Assembly (NCBI RefSeq): GCF_028641065.1 | Contig: NC_073411.1 | Location: forward strand, 10,974,001 to 11,038,000 | Direction: 5' to 3' | Source of the DNA: Leucoraja erinacea | Taxonomy: Eukaryota | Length of the DNA: 64,000 bases | Shown here: one piece after another, positions 48,231 to 60,259 of the stretch | How the letters are laid out: each line of letters begins with the position of its first letter | How positions within the stretch are numbered: position 1 is the first letter of the stretch | Program-made: the position numbers and the translations under genes | Notes under the pieces: generated by a model | Told to the model about the DNA's origin: nothing | The model's database searches: none | Seen by the model: only the letters and a program-made list of their open reading frames with translations

Positions 48231-48620
48231 CTTATAGAAACTTACAAAATTCGTAAGGGGTTGGACAGGCTAGATGCAGGAAGATTGTTCCCGATTTTGG
48301 GGAAGTCCAGAACAAGGGGTCACACAGTTTAAGGATAAGGGGAAATCTTTTAGGACCGAGATGAGGAAAACATTTTTCACACACAGAGAGTAGCGAGTCT
48401 CTGGAACTCTCTGCCACAGAAGGTAGTTGAGGCCACAGTTCATTGGCTATATTTAAGAAGGAGTTAGATGTGGCCCTGGTGGCTAAAGGGATGAGGGGGT
48501 ATGGAGAGAAGGCAGGTACAGGAATCTGAGTTGGATGATCAACAAAGATAATATTGAATGGCGGTTCAGGCTTGAAGGACGTAATGGAGTACTTCTGCAC
48601 CTATTTTCTATGTTTCCATG
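48231..48620 (+). mobile_element. CR1/HER1 3' fragment
   Basis: Collinear with 46880-47283; similar copies at 55114-55475, 59822-60070 and 7320-7542. Confidence 0.85.
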
Positions 48621-49245
48621 TCCATCACATATCGGGGTGAGACAGTGGTATGAGTTGCTGCCTTCCATTGCCACAGACCTGGGTTCAATTCCAACTACAT
48701 GTGCTGTCTTGAAGGTGTTTGCACGTCCTCCCTGTGACCACGTGGGTTTTCTCCTGCTGCAAATTAACTTACATACCTGTATGTCGTCGGAGGATGGAGG
48801 AAACCGGAGCAGCTGGAGAAAACCTACCCATGCACAAGGAGAAGGTACAAACTCGGTATGGATAGCACCCGTGGTCAGGATCGAACTGGGTTCCACACTC
48901 AAAGGCCAGGTCTGTACAGTTCTGCACCCCTAGGTGAAGGATAGAACTGGGATCACTAGTCAGCACAGACTCCAAAGGCGAAGGGCCTGTTTCCAGGTCT
49001 CTAGGCTAATTAATTTAAGGCGTTCTAGTAAAATGGGACCCCCTAGTGCCTGAAGGATCAGGCTGAACCAGTGAGTCACTAGTCAGCATAGACCCTTGAT
49101 GGCTGAAAGGCCACATTAACTCCCTCTTAAGTTGCCAATGAAACTGGCCTAACTACCCTCTGTGGCAGAGAATTCCACAGATTCACAACTCTCTGTGTGA
49201 AAAAAGTTCTTCTCATCTCGGTTTTAAAGGATTTCCCCTTTATCC

Positions 49246-49586
49246 TTAAGAAGGAACTGCAGATGCTGGAAAAATCGAAGGTAGACAAAAGTGCTGGAGA
49301 AACTCAGCGGGTGCCGCAGCATCTATGGAGCGAAGGAAATAGGCAACGTTTCGGGCTGAAACCCGTAAGGGTTTCGGCCCGAAACGTTGCCTATTTCCTT
49401 CAGTCTGAAGAAGGGTTTTGGCCCGAAACATTGCCTATTTCCTTCAGTCTGAAGAAGGGTTTTGGCCCGAAACGTTGCCTATTTCCTTCAGTCTGAAGAT
49501 GGGGTTTTGGCCCGAAACGTTGCCTATTTCCTTCGCTCCATAGATGCTGCTGCACCCGCTGAGTTTCTCCAGCACTTTTGTCTACT
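49246..49586. mobile_element. Hammerhead-family element with an internal 44-nt tandem array of cores
   Basis: CTGAAGA at 49405, 49449 and 49493, each followed by a GGG..CCC stem and GAAAC(G/A)TT. Confidence 0.75.
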
Positions 49587-49880
49587 TAATTTAAAGCTCT
49601 CTGTTGCAGCCATGCAGAAGGCTTTGGAGAATGACACCATCTCTGTCACACACTTTAACCAATGGACATGGTTCTGAAATACTGCGTCCATTCATTTAAA
49701 TCTCACACTCGTGTTTGGTTAGAACATATTTTTCATATTTCATCCAATGGTCTGAACAAAACGCTTATTTAAATTGATAAATTATTTTGCAGACCGACAC
49801 TGATATAAAAATGACAAGTGTTGCATATATGTCTTAAATGGCCTGACACTGTGGACAGAGATAGTGTACGGAATGGAGCC

Positions 49881-50660
49881 GCTCAGAACTACACTCAGGA
49901 CCACATCACCCCGATTCTGGCCTCTCTCCACTGGCTTCCCTATGCCGTTCCGTATAAACTTCAAGATCCTCCTCCATGTCTACAAAGCCCTCAATGGGCT
50001 TGTCCTGCCCCCACCTACATAAAAAGTCTTCTCACCCACCACTCCACCTCCAGGCCCCTCAGATCGGCTGACTTGGGGCTGCTGAATATCCCGCGGTCTA
50101 GGCATAAGCTCAGGGGCGATCGACCGCGCCTTTGCGGTTGCAGCCCCTAGACTGTGGAACACCGAGATGAGAAGAACTTTTTTCACACAGAGAGTGGTGA
50201 ATCTCTGGAACTCTCTGCCACAGAGGGTAGTTGAGGCCACAGTTCATTGGCTATATTTAAGAGGGAGTTAGATGTGGCCCTTGTGGCTAAGGGGATCAGG
50301 GGGTATGGAGAGAAGGCAGGTACGGAATACTGAGTTGGATGATCAGCCATGATCATATTGAATGGCGGTGCAGGCTCGAAGGGCCGAATGGCCTACTCCT
50401 GCACCTAATTTCTATGTTTCTATGAAACAGCATCATCCCAATTCCCATCAGAACTGCCCCCTCCATCGACTCTTTTAAGTCAAGACTAAAGACTTATCTA
50501 TACTCCCAAGCCTTTCCTGACGTCCTCTGAGTGAGCTAACATATATATATGTCTTTAGTTTGTTTTGTTGTGCTATTCTTATAACAAATGTATAGCACTT
50601 TGGCCAACGAGAGTTGTTTTTTAAATGTGCTATATAAATAAATGTGACTTGAGTTGACCT
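49881..50660 (+). mobile_element. L2-type LINE 3' fragment interrupted by a CR1 tail (50161-50424)
   Basis: DHITPILASLHWLP...FKILLHVYKALNGL and RPLRS motifs; ends GCTATATAAATAAA...GACTTGA. Confidence 0.8.
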
Positions 50661-51207
50661 GACTACACTGATTTGAGCAATCCAAACGCTGCAGAAATCT
50701 TCTGTTTTTATTCAGATTCAGGTTAATGTTTGATAGAGGTTGAAGAAATGTTCAACGTTTGGGAAGAGGTTGAAGGTCATAAAAGATGACTTTTCAATAC
50801 ATCCTAGTGTTTTAGAAAGAACCTTGCAGCTACTGAGTCAGTGATTTCAACGGAGCCTTGTCGTTTAGTAATCGGTCTTTCGATGCCATGCAAACCCGTG
50901 CTCTGTCAGTGATGGATATAAAGCTCTTGTTAGGAGAGGATTAGAGATGAGAAAGTCTAACATGGGTGCCTTTAGGAAAGGAGTAACATGGCTGTGTGTT
51001 ACGGGAGAGAGCACAGCACACATGACATTTGCCCGAGTTCAGTTCTGTAAGTACATGGTCAACTCTGTATCCTTACAGTACAGTGAACTGTGATGTTTAG
51101 CCTTTTGCTTAAAAGCACAAAGGAATTAAACGAGAAAATGATGGGCGAGAATGTCTTTCTTAGAATTCCAGTTGTACATGAGTTACCTTTGTGCCATCAT
51201 CCCTAAA

Positions 51208-51312
51208 TCACTGCTTTGACGTATTCATGTCCGAGCTGATTTTCTTCACAATCTGCGTGCCCATTCGACTATGAATCCATTCATTGTACAAGGCACTATC
51301 CCTCTCTCCCAG
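51208..51312 (-). CDS. ANK1: ANK1 alternative C-terminal exon (sAnk1.5-type tail); exon extends to donor at 51187
   Basis: CAG acceptor; LGERDSALYNEWIHSRMGTQIVKKISSDMNTSKQ* resembles 'RKGAQIVKRASLKRGKQ'; AAG|GTAACT donor 21 nt after the stop. Confidence 0.8.
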   Translation of the reverse strand: MGERDSALYNEWIHSRMGTQIVKKISSDMNTSKQ

Positions 51313-54289
51313 CTGAATGTGAGGCAGCGGAGACAACAGGTTTGTGACAACACAGAGACACAGGCACAGACAGTGAATGGAAAGAGAAAGTAAATCACAG
51401 TGGGTAAGACAGACAAAATGAAGGAAAGAGAAAATGAAACTAAGGGCACGCACATGAATACATATACATATATAAAGAAAAGTACATGTGTATATATATA
51501 CATAGCATTCACATACATACACACAGCAATGTGCATATGCAAACATCAGTTGACATATATAACTACCCTTCCCCATGCACACAGAGCATATACACAGTAA
51601 GTACACACACACACATGCACGCACATTGTAGCATATATTCACATCAATAACCTTCCACCCAAACATTCCATGTTTTACTGCTGATGATGCCACACTTAGC
51701 AACTCGATCGCAAACTGGCCCCACTCAACAGCTATTAATAAGACCTTGTGATCTGGTCTGACTTGGCCATTGTGCCGGGCGGCACGGCGGTAGGTTTGCT
51801 GGCTTACAGCGCCAGAGACCCGGGTTCGATCCTGACTACGGCCGCTGTCTGTACGGAGTTTGTACGTTCTCCCCGTGACCACACGGGGTGCTCCGGTTGC
51901 CTCCCACACTCCAAGGGCATGCAGGTTTGTAGATCAGCCATGATCATATTGAATGGCGGTGCTGGATCGAGGGGCCGAATGGCCTACTCCTGCACCTACT
52001 CCTGCACCTATTGTCTATTGTCTATTCTGCAAATTGTCCCTAGTTTGTAGGATGGAACTAGTGTACGGGGTGATCGCTGGTTGGCGCGGACTCGGTGGGC
52101 CAAAGGGCTTGAATCTGTACTGTACCTCTAAAGTCTAAAGACAGCGATGGAGAATTCGGGAGGGTGGTCTCCCCACCGACAACCTCCGCTAGTTGTGGGT
52201 TATTTGGACTGCGTTCATTGACTTGGCAAATGGGATATTTGAACAGCTGTGATCTCAGCCACTGTCAAAAGGGAAAAAACAGGGTGAAGGGGAAACAGAA
52301 TTTCCACGTTCAACCAGGACTTCATTCCCCATACACGGCCCGCTGAAATAGACTGCCTCATTGTAGTTGATGCCCCCCCAGCCTGCTCACCCACCAGCCA
52401 AGCTTCTGCTATCTCTGCAAACCCAGGAAGACAAAGAAAACTTAAAGAAGAAAGATTGAAAAGGAGAAAATGGAAACAAGAAATGGCAGCTTCTGTAATC
52501 TGATGGTTTGAGGCACAATATGACCCTTGGACTTCCTGAATCACCAATAGAACCACGAGATAATGGTGTGCGGTGAACCTGCCAGTAACTTGAGTACCAG
52601 ATGGAACTGAACAGAAATGGTGCAGATGGAATATCCTCTCATTGAGAGGGCCTACTTTAAACAACAGTCAGAGTTTACTTGGTGAGTGTTTTAAAGCATC
52701 TGCATGATATTTGGCATCTATTCATAAGACCATAAGACACAGCACAGGAGCAGAATTAGGCCATTAGCCTCAGTATAAAAGGATGTACAATTTAGAAAGG
52801 AGATGAGGAAGAATTTCTTTAGTCCGAGGGTGGTGAATCTGTGGAATTCATTGCCACAGAAGGCTGTGGAGGCCAAGTCAATGGATATTGTTAAGGCAGA
52901 AATTGATAGATTTTTCATTAGTGTGGGTGTCAGGGGTTATGGGGCGAAGGCAGGAGAATGGGGAACGATAGATCAGCCACGACTGAAAGGCAGAGTGGAC
53001 CTGATGGGCCAAATGGCCTAATCCTGCTCCTGTAACTTATGAACATGAGTTACACGCCACAGAAACAGGCCCTTCGGCACAACCCGTTAATGCCAACCAA
53101 GGTGCCTTCTTGAGCTAGTCAGTTCCTGACTTATTAAGACTGAGCATCTTAGTGCTTATCCAGCTGGCCTGCAGGCTGAATGGAAGATTGCTCAGCATAT
53201 CGCTCAGCCTCCACCTCCCGACCTCTTTACGGGAGGCAATGGGAACTAGCAACTCAAACCACTTGGAAAAGAGGGGGTTGGCAGAAACAGGGTGCAGTTG
53301 GCTCGGCGGCAACACATTTGCCTAGAAGTCTGATATTTTGAAGCACCCCGTAGGCTATTATTTACCACCAGCATTTAGCTTCCAGAATCTATTTTGTTGC
53401 ATCAAGCGAAGGAATTACAGATGTAACATGTGCATGCTTACTGGTGTCGAAAAGAAGCAGAAAATTGGAGAATTCAACATTCATACCGTTAGGCTGTGAG
53501 CTACATGTGGAATATGAGATGCTGTTCCTCCAGTTTGCATGTAACCTTCAGGCAATGACCAAGTCAGGCAATGGAGGAGGCCCAGGGAAGAAAGATCACC
53601 ATGGGAATGGGAATGGGAATGGGAAGGGGAGTTCAACTAGTTAGCAACCAGGAGATACTGTATTAGATGAAGCTTGATTTCCCCCCCCTGGCTGGGATGT
53701 CTGGAATCAGTCTCCGAATATGTGGTCACTATTCAGGACATTCTTATGTGTATGCTAGGAAGTATGTAGGAAGGAACTGCAGATGCCGGTATATACTGAA
53801 GATAGACACAAAATGCTGGAGTAACTCAGTGGGTCAGGCAGCATCTTTGGAGAAAAAGAATAGGTGACGTTTCAGGTCAGCACAGACTTAGTCCAGGGAC
53901 TAACTGTACAGAACGTTTTTCCTTCTATTATTTATTATGTAAAATAATATGTGTGTTATGATTGTGTTTATAATTTGTTTGGTTGTTTTGTTGTTCCGCG
54001 AGCATTGCCACTTTCATTTCATTGCACATCTCGTATGTGTATGTGACAAATAAACTTGACTTGACTTGACTTGACTGAGGAAGGGTTCCAACCCAAAATG
54101 TCACCTGTTCTTTTTTCCCAGAGATTCTGCCCGTCCCACTGAGTAACTCCAGCACTTTCTGTCTATTGTCTGCTGTGTAGTCTGTGTAGCACTCATGACT
54201 GGAGATGAACACCTAGACATGAGCATGTGGTGGCTGCTGCATTGCAAACACCAGCCGTCCCGTGAATAATATGTTGAAGTCAGCTTTAC

Positions 54290-54436
54290 CTTACTGTTTG
54301 TGCTGTCTCTTGTTAACATGTACTTTGAGAAGTTATCTGCTGCATTTTCTAGGTCTGACGGATCTGGGTATAGCACCTCCACTGTCTCTTCCTTCCCTTC
54401 GCCGGGGCCGATCCTCCGAACAACCTTTCGAACGAC
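54290..54436 (-). CDS. ANK1: ANK1 exon (obscurin-binding region, VVRKVVRR)
   Basis: CAG/GTAAAG boundaries, 147 nt; VVRKVVRRIGPGEGKEETVEVLYPDPSDLENAADNFSKY...; possible internal donor GAG|GTGCTA ending at 54377. Confidence 0.88.
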
Positions 54437-55574
54437 CTGCGGATAGCAACGAAACATGATCACTTTCACTTTATTTACAACCGTACACTCTCACCACAGA
54501 GACAAGCGTGGTGAATCTGTGGCAGTCATCGCCACAGTCAGGAGAATACTTCGATCAGTACGGGTGTCAAGGGTAATGGGAAGATGGCAAAGGGAATGGG
54601 GTTGAGGGGGAGAGATAGATCAGCCGTGATTGAATAGCGGAGTAGAGTTGATGGGCCGAATGGCCTAATTTTTCTCCTATCACTTATGAAGCCAAGTCAA
54701 TGGATATTTTACGGCGGAGATCGACAGGTTCTTTGGGTTGTGGGAAGAAGGCAGGAGAATGCTGCTTGAGATTGAAAGATAGATCAGCCATGATTGAATG
54801 GCAGAGTAGACCTGATGGACCGAATGGCCTAAGAACTTATGAATTTTTATTTTCAGGTGAACAGACCTTGTCAACATCTGGCAGCACCAGGGCCAAGGTA
54901 CCCAGATGTGATGTATTGGGGGAGAAATTAGTTTAAGATGTTAACATGACATGGAGGTATCCCTTCAGTCATCTACTCCAGCTTCAGCTTGTTGTGGTTG
55001 GTGGTAAATCGACTGAGCCTTTTAACAGATGATGATCACCAATCTAGCGTTGAGATTTGGCTTGCTTACTGGTTTCCCCTTTCTGCTTGTAATTTTATCA
55101 ACGTTGAGGAGTTCTTAAGGGGTTGGACAGGGTAAATGCAGGAAGATTGTTCCCGATGTTGGGGAAGTCCAGAACAAGGGGTCACACAGTTTAAGGATAA
55201 GGGGGAAATCTTTTAGGACTGAGATGAGAAAAACATTTTTCACACAGAGAGTGGCGAATCTGTGGAATTCTCTGCCACAGAAGGTAGTTGAGGCCACACA
55301 GTTCATTGGCTATATTTAAGAGGGAGTTAGATGTGGCCCTTGTGGCTAAAGGGATCAGGGGGTATGGAGAGAAGGCAGGTACAGGATACTGAGTTGGATG
55401 ATCAGCCATGATCATATTGAATGGCGGTGCAGGCTCAAATGGCCTACTCCTGCACCTATTTTCTATGTTTCTATGTTGAGCTACAAGAGAGACTGGAATT
55501 GCTGTAGCCTGGAGCAAAAATAAACAAACCAATGGAGGGGCTCAGCAGGTCAGGCTGCATCTCAGCAGTGTATA

Positions 55575-55800
55575 GAAACAAAGAACTGCAGATGCTGGTT
55601 TATACCGAAGATGCGACAAAGTGCTGGAGTAACTCTGCGGGTCAGGCAGCTCCTCTGGAGAAAAAGGGTAAGTGATTTTTGCTGTCGAGACCCTTCTTCA
55701 GACGTCTGAAGAAGGGTCCCGACCTGAAACGTCAGCTATCTTTTTTCTCCAGAGATGCTGCCCGACCCGCAGAGTTACTCCAGCACTTTGTGTCCATCTC
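55575..55800. mobile_element. Palindromic hammerhead-family element (GAGTAACTCAG subfamily)
   Basis: Perfect centre CCCTTCTTCAGAC|GTCTGAAGAAGGG at 55703/55704; core CTGAAGA 55706 to GAAACGTC 55733. Confidence 0.7.
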
Positions 55801-56227
55801 TCCTGCTGAGTTGGTTTGACCGGTCAGTATAGATCGAAGTATGTAGTATGTAGATTCAAGTCCCCACTGGTGTATCGCCGTTATAATTGCTTCTCATTTC
55901 CCAACTAACTTTACAGCCAACAGTACAGTGATCAGTAATGGCCCACCACAGCAGCTGACGTCACAACCCTGAGCTGAGAGTGGTGTGTAGTGGTTGCCTG
56001 GTCACCCAAGGAGAGGAGGCTTCCAGCCAACTCCACTGGCATCATTTCAAAGCTAAGATGAAGGGTAGAGGTCACCATGCAGTGACACCATTCTTAACGA
56101 GAAGATGTTATTTGCACCACTAAATATTTCTACTGGGCAGAGTTGCTCCAGTTTCCTCCCACATCTCAAAGGTTTCAGGGTTTGTGTGGGTTTGTAGGTT
56201 AATTGGCCCCTGTACATTGCCGCTAGT

Positions 56228-56525
56228 GGGTGGCATGGTGGTGCAGCGGTAGAGTTGCTGTCTTACAGCGCCAGAGACCCGGGTTCGATCCTGACCACAG
56301 GTGCTGTCTGTATGGAGTTTGTACATTCCCCCTGTGACCCGCATGGGTTTTCTCCGGGTGCTCCGGTTTCCTCCCACACTCCAAAGGCGTACAAGGATTG
56401 ATTAAAAGGGAAAAAAACGTCCTTAGTATGTAGAATAGTGCTAGCTTACAGTGTGGTCGCTGGTCAGCATGGTCTCGGTGGGCTGAAGGGCCTGTTTCCA
56501 TGCTGTATCTCGAAAGCTTAAAGTC
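56228..56525 (+). mobile_element. HE1-type tRNA-derived SINE (representative near-full copy)
   Basis: A box TGGTGCAGCGG, B box GGTTCGATCC, central TTTCCTCCCACACTCCAAAG domain, LINE-derived tail GGGCCTGTTTCC..GCTGTATCTC. Confidence 0.85.
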
Positions 56526-56539
56526 TAATATGTGTAGGT

Positions 56540-56754
56540 CAAGGGTTCCCAAACCTGGGGTAAATTTCACCAACCCAGGGGGTAAATCTGTTGATTCTGG
56601 ATTCTACATATTATTTCTCATTGACTGACTGTGTTTGGTTCTGGTATACTGGTATCTGTTCATCATTAGTTGTTCATGAATAAGTGAAATAACATTGTTA
56701 CGCGCTATTAAAGTTGCCAGGGGTAAATGGGATGAAAAAGGTTGGGAAGCCCTG
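56540..56754. mobile_element. hAT-like MITE
   Basis: TIR CAAGGGTTCCCAAACC / GGTTGGGAAGCCCTG; 8-bp TSD GTGTAGGT/GTGTAGGG. Confidence 0.72.
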
Positions 56755-57250
56755 GTGTAGGGAGCCGTAAGTCCAGGACTTATCTTGTCTGCACATCTGG
56801 ACGCCTGCAGTGGCGGCTGCGGAGGGCTGTGGTCCCGACCAGGGGGGAAATGGAGGAGGACTGGCCAAATTAATGTGCCTTCCACCACAGCGATGAATGC
56901 TGTGGTAGATGTTTGTGTAAAATGTTTATTGTGTATTGGGTGTTTATTTTAATTGTTTACGCTGCTGGCAAATTCATTTCACTGCACTGTATGTGCAAGT
57001 GACGAATAAAACTTGACTTGACTTGACTTGGATGAGGAAATGGGATAATAGAGAACCAGTGTGAATGGGTGATCAATGGTTGGTGTGGACAAGATGGGCC
57101 GAGTGGCCTGTTTCCATGCTGTGTCGTAAGGAATGAAATAATTGCTGTGCTATCTTTGGGTTGTGCCATTAACTGGGTGCTTGGTTTCTCTTGGTGTCCC
57201 CCCATTCACTACATTGCTGGGATACACGCGAGAATACTCAATCTCATTAC

Positions 57251-57334
57251 TTTCTTCGTGACGATGTTGCCATCTTCGTCGACAAACTGTTCCTCCGTCA
57301 CCGACTCGCCTGGAATGTTCTTTGCTTCTTCACC
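57251..57334 (-). CDS. ANK1: ANK1 exon
   Basis: [28 protein letters not shown], matching ankyrin '[23 protein letters not shown]'; 84 nt phase 0/0. Confidence 0.93.
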
Positions 57335-58128
57335 CTGCCCGTGAGAGAATGAGAAGAATGAGTGAGCGTTGATTCCAAACTCCGGGCAACACAAGCAACA
57401 ACCTGGAGTGGGTTAAAGGACAAGATGAGCTGAGGGACACCACTCACCTACAAGCATTCATGACTCAGACAGCTCTGTGGGGGAGGACCATCATCCAGGG
57501 ACCTTCTGCTGCTGCACATTGGGGGGGCAGAGTCTGATGGAAACGCCCCTCAAACAAGGGTAGGGTTATCAACAAGGGAAGGCACCTTGGTCAGCATGGA
57601 CGTATTGGGCCGAAGGGCCTCTTTCGACGATGTATAACTCATAAGCAATATCAACCCACATGAGTGGCAAGGGTCGACACAAAATGCTGGATTAACTCAG
57701 CGGGACAGGCGGCATGTCCGGAGAGAAGGAATTGGTGACGTTTCGGGTCGAGACCCTTCTTCTTCAGTCACCCATTCCTTCTCTGCAGAGATGCTGCCTG
57801 TCCCGCTGAGTTACTCCAGCAGTTTGTGTCCATCTTAGTTTAAACCAGCATCTGCAGTTCCTTCATTCACAAAAGTGGCAAGGGTGCTTGGTATAAGGGT
57901 AGCTTTGAGAATATATAACGCTAATGAATGTACGTATAGCGGCTGAGAATGTCAGAAGAGTTTTTGCACTTTTCTTGTTTCGTATGTATTTTTTATTATT
58001 CTGAATAAAGTTTATATTTTGGGGGTAAAAATACATTTACCGGGCCGCTGGCATGCTGCGGGCATTGAGGGCACGATGCCTGGGGTATTGGCAAAGGGGA
58101 GTCAGCTCTTAGTACATTCCAAGCACTT

Positions 58129-58412
58129 TCATCATCATCATCATCAATGTTGATAACATCAAAGGGCACGGTGCCTTACAATGCCATGTACGACAGTGAT
58201 CGCAACTCCTACTGAAGTGTGGATGGCCGTTGGCTCGCTAGGAGCTCATCCAACTTTTGACAGGTCTTGTTTTTGGTCCTGCTGGGGGTCCACAGCCCCC
58301 TCCTCACCTGGCAAAAACCAGGTGGGGGAGACGGTTTAGTTGCCGACTATCCGACCATGGAGCAGGGAGCACGGGATTACATGGTACCCGTGGTGGGGGA
58401 AACTCCCGATAT
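58129..58412 (-). mobile_element. Unclassified structured SINE-like element with (GAT)n tail
   Basis: 8-bp duplication AAGCACTT (58121-58128, 58413-58420); (TCA)n at 58129-58146; several GC-rich hairpins; no tRNA A/B boxes seen. Confidence 0.6.
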
Positions 58413-58454
58413 AAGCACTTCCAATATGCCAATAAAATTAGAAAATCCTTAAAG

Positions 58455-58674
58455 GTACACAAAAATGCTGGAGAAACTCAGCGGGTGCAGCAGCATCTAT
58501 GGAGCGAAGGAAATAGGCGACGTTTCGGGCCAAAACCCTTCTTCAGCGTCTGAAGAAGGGTTTCGGCCCGAAACGTCGCCTATTTCCTTCGCTCCATAGA
58601 TGCTGCTGCACCCGCTGAGTTTCTCCAGCATTTTTGTGTACCTTCGATCTTGCATCTGCAGTTCCTTCTTGAAC
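58455..58674. mobile_element. Palindromic Penelope-like (pLTR-derived) element with back-to-back minimal hammerhead cores
   Basis: Arms of ~90 bp inverted around 58547; CTGAAGA-A-GGGT TTCG GCCC-GAAAC-GTC at 58550-58577, mirrored at 58546-58519; 15-bp duplication AGAAAATCCTTAAAG at 58440-58454 and 58675-58689. Confidence 0.75.
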
Positions 58675-58685
58675 AGAAAATCCTT

Positions 58686-59016
58686 AAAGCCCTGTCCCAC
58701 TGTACGAGTTCATTCCAAGAGTTCCCCGAGTTTGCCCCGATTCGAACGCGGAGATTTATGATAATGGCTGCTCGTAAGTATTCGGGGCTCTCATGGACAT
58801 TTTTCAACATGTTGAAAAATCTTCACGAGTCTTCCCGAGCTTACCTGCCATTAGCGAGTCTTCCCGAGTACCTGCCGTTAGCGCCATGAGCCGCTAAGAG
58901 ACGTCCCCGAGCTCTGACGTACCCGCTACGTTCATTCTCCGTGCTTACCACGAGTTTGATTTTTTTAAAACTCGGGAGAGCTCTTGAATGAACTCGTACA
59001 GTGGGACAGGGCCATT
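58686..59016. mobile_element. PIF/Harbinger-like MITE (same family as 6308-6643)
   Basis: Same TIRs, with the internal sequence in opposite orientation. Confidence 0.75.
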
Positions 59017-60228
59017 ACTAAGAACCTCCCAAGAAGTGCATTTGTGTGTGGCGTTTCAGTGGATTACAAGAATGTAAATCTCTTTCAGATTTCCAGGACA
59101 ACTTCAGCCAGCTACAGACTGATACACGTACAATGTCATCCCCCTTCCCAAACCTAACTTTTAAATTGAGTCTGAAGAAATGTCCCAAGCCAAAACGTCA
59201 GAGAGACTAGGACTAGAGGTCACAGCCTCAGAATAAAAGGACGTACCTTTAGAAGGGAGTTGAGGAAGAATTTATTTCACAGCAAGGTGGTGAATCTACG
59301 GAATTCATTGCCACAGATGGCTGTGGAGGCCAAGTCAAATGGTATTTTCAAAGAGGAAACTGATGTTCTTGATCAGTAAGGGCTTCAAAGGTGACAGGGA
59401 CAAGGCAGGAGGATGGGGTTTAATGGGGAAAATAGTTTAGCCATTATCGAATGTTGGAGTAGATGAAGAAGGGTCTCGACCCGAAACATCAGCTATTTCT
59501 TCGCTCCATAGATGCCGCCTCACCCGCTGAGTTTCTCCAGCATTTTTGTGTAGCATCGAATGTAGACTCGATGGGTGGAACAGTGTAATTCTGCACCTTC
59601 ATCTCAGGAATAAGTCTATCTATGTTCTCCAGAGATGCTGCATGACCAGCCGAGTTACTCCAACACGCTTGAGTCTTTTTTTGTAAACCTGCATCTGGAG
59701 TTCCAATGTGTCCATCTTAACTCCATGTTGTATTGTACATGGGAAAACCATCACATATATACCATGATCTACACACCTTCTATGGTTAACACTGGAGGCG
59801 ATGTGACATTTTAACACACAGATTTTTCACACAGAGAGTGGTGAATCTGTGGAACTCTCTGCCACAGAAAGTAGTTGAGGCCACAGTTCATTGGCTATAT
59901 TTAAGAGGGAATTAGATGTGGCCCTTGTGGCTAAAGGGATCAGGGGGTATGGAGAGAAGGCAGGTACAGGATACTGAGTTGGATGATCAGCCATGATCAT
60001 ATTGAATGGCGGTGCAGGCTCGTAGGGCCGAATGGCCTACTCCTACACCTATTTTCTATGTTTCTATGTTCCATGACATGATCACCACCTATGTGTCTTT
60101 TTTCTTTTTTCTCTTTTTTGTTTTGTATGGATTTATTGACATTTGATCTGTTCAATTAATTTAATCAATCTCTGTAAAGCACTTTGGTACAAATACTGGT
60201 TTTGTTGAAAAGTGCTATATAAATAAAC

Positions 60229-60259
<31 letters not shown>

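Noticed and set aside
45806-51186. miR-486 hairpin, which lies in the last ANK1 intron in mammals
   Set aside because: No matching sequence recognised; the hairpins present belong to repeat families.
51313-51909. 233-aa minus-strand ORF extending the ANK1 cassette exon
   Set aside because: The upstream part is SINE plus TG/TA-rich intron; only the portion after the CAG acceptor at 51313 resembles ankyrin.
56228-56300. tRNA-like sequences with A and B boxes
   Set aside because: They continue into the SINE body and LINE-derived tail, so they are HE1-type SINE heads rather than tRNA genes.
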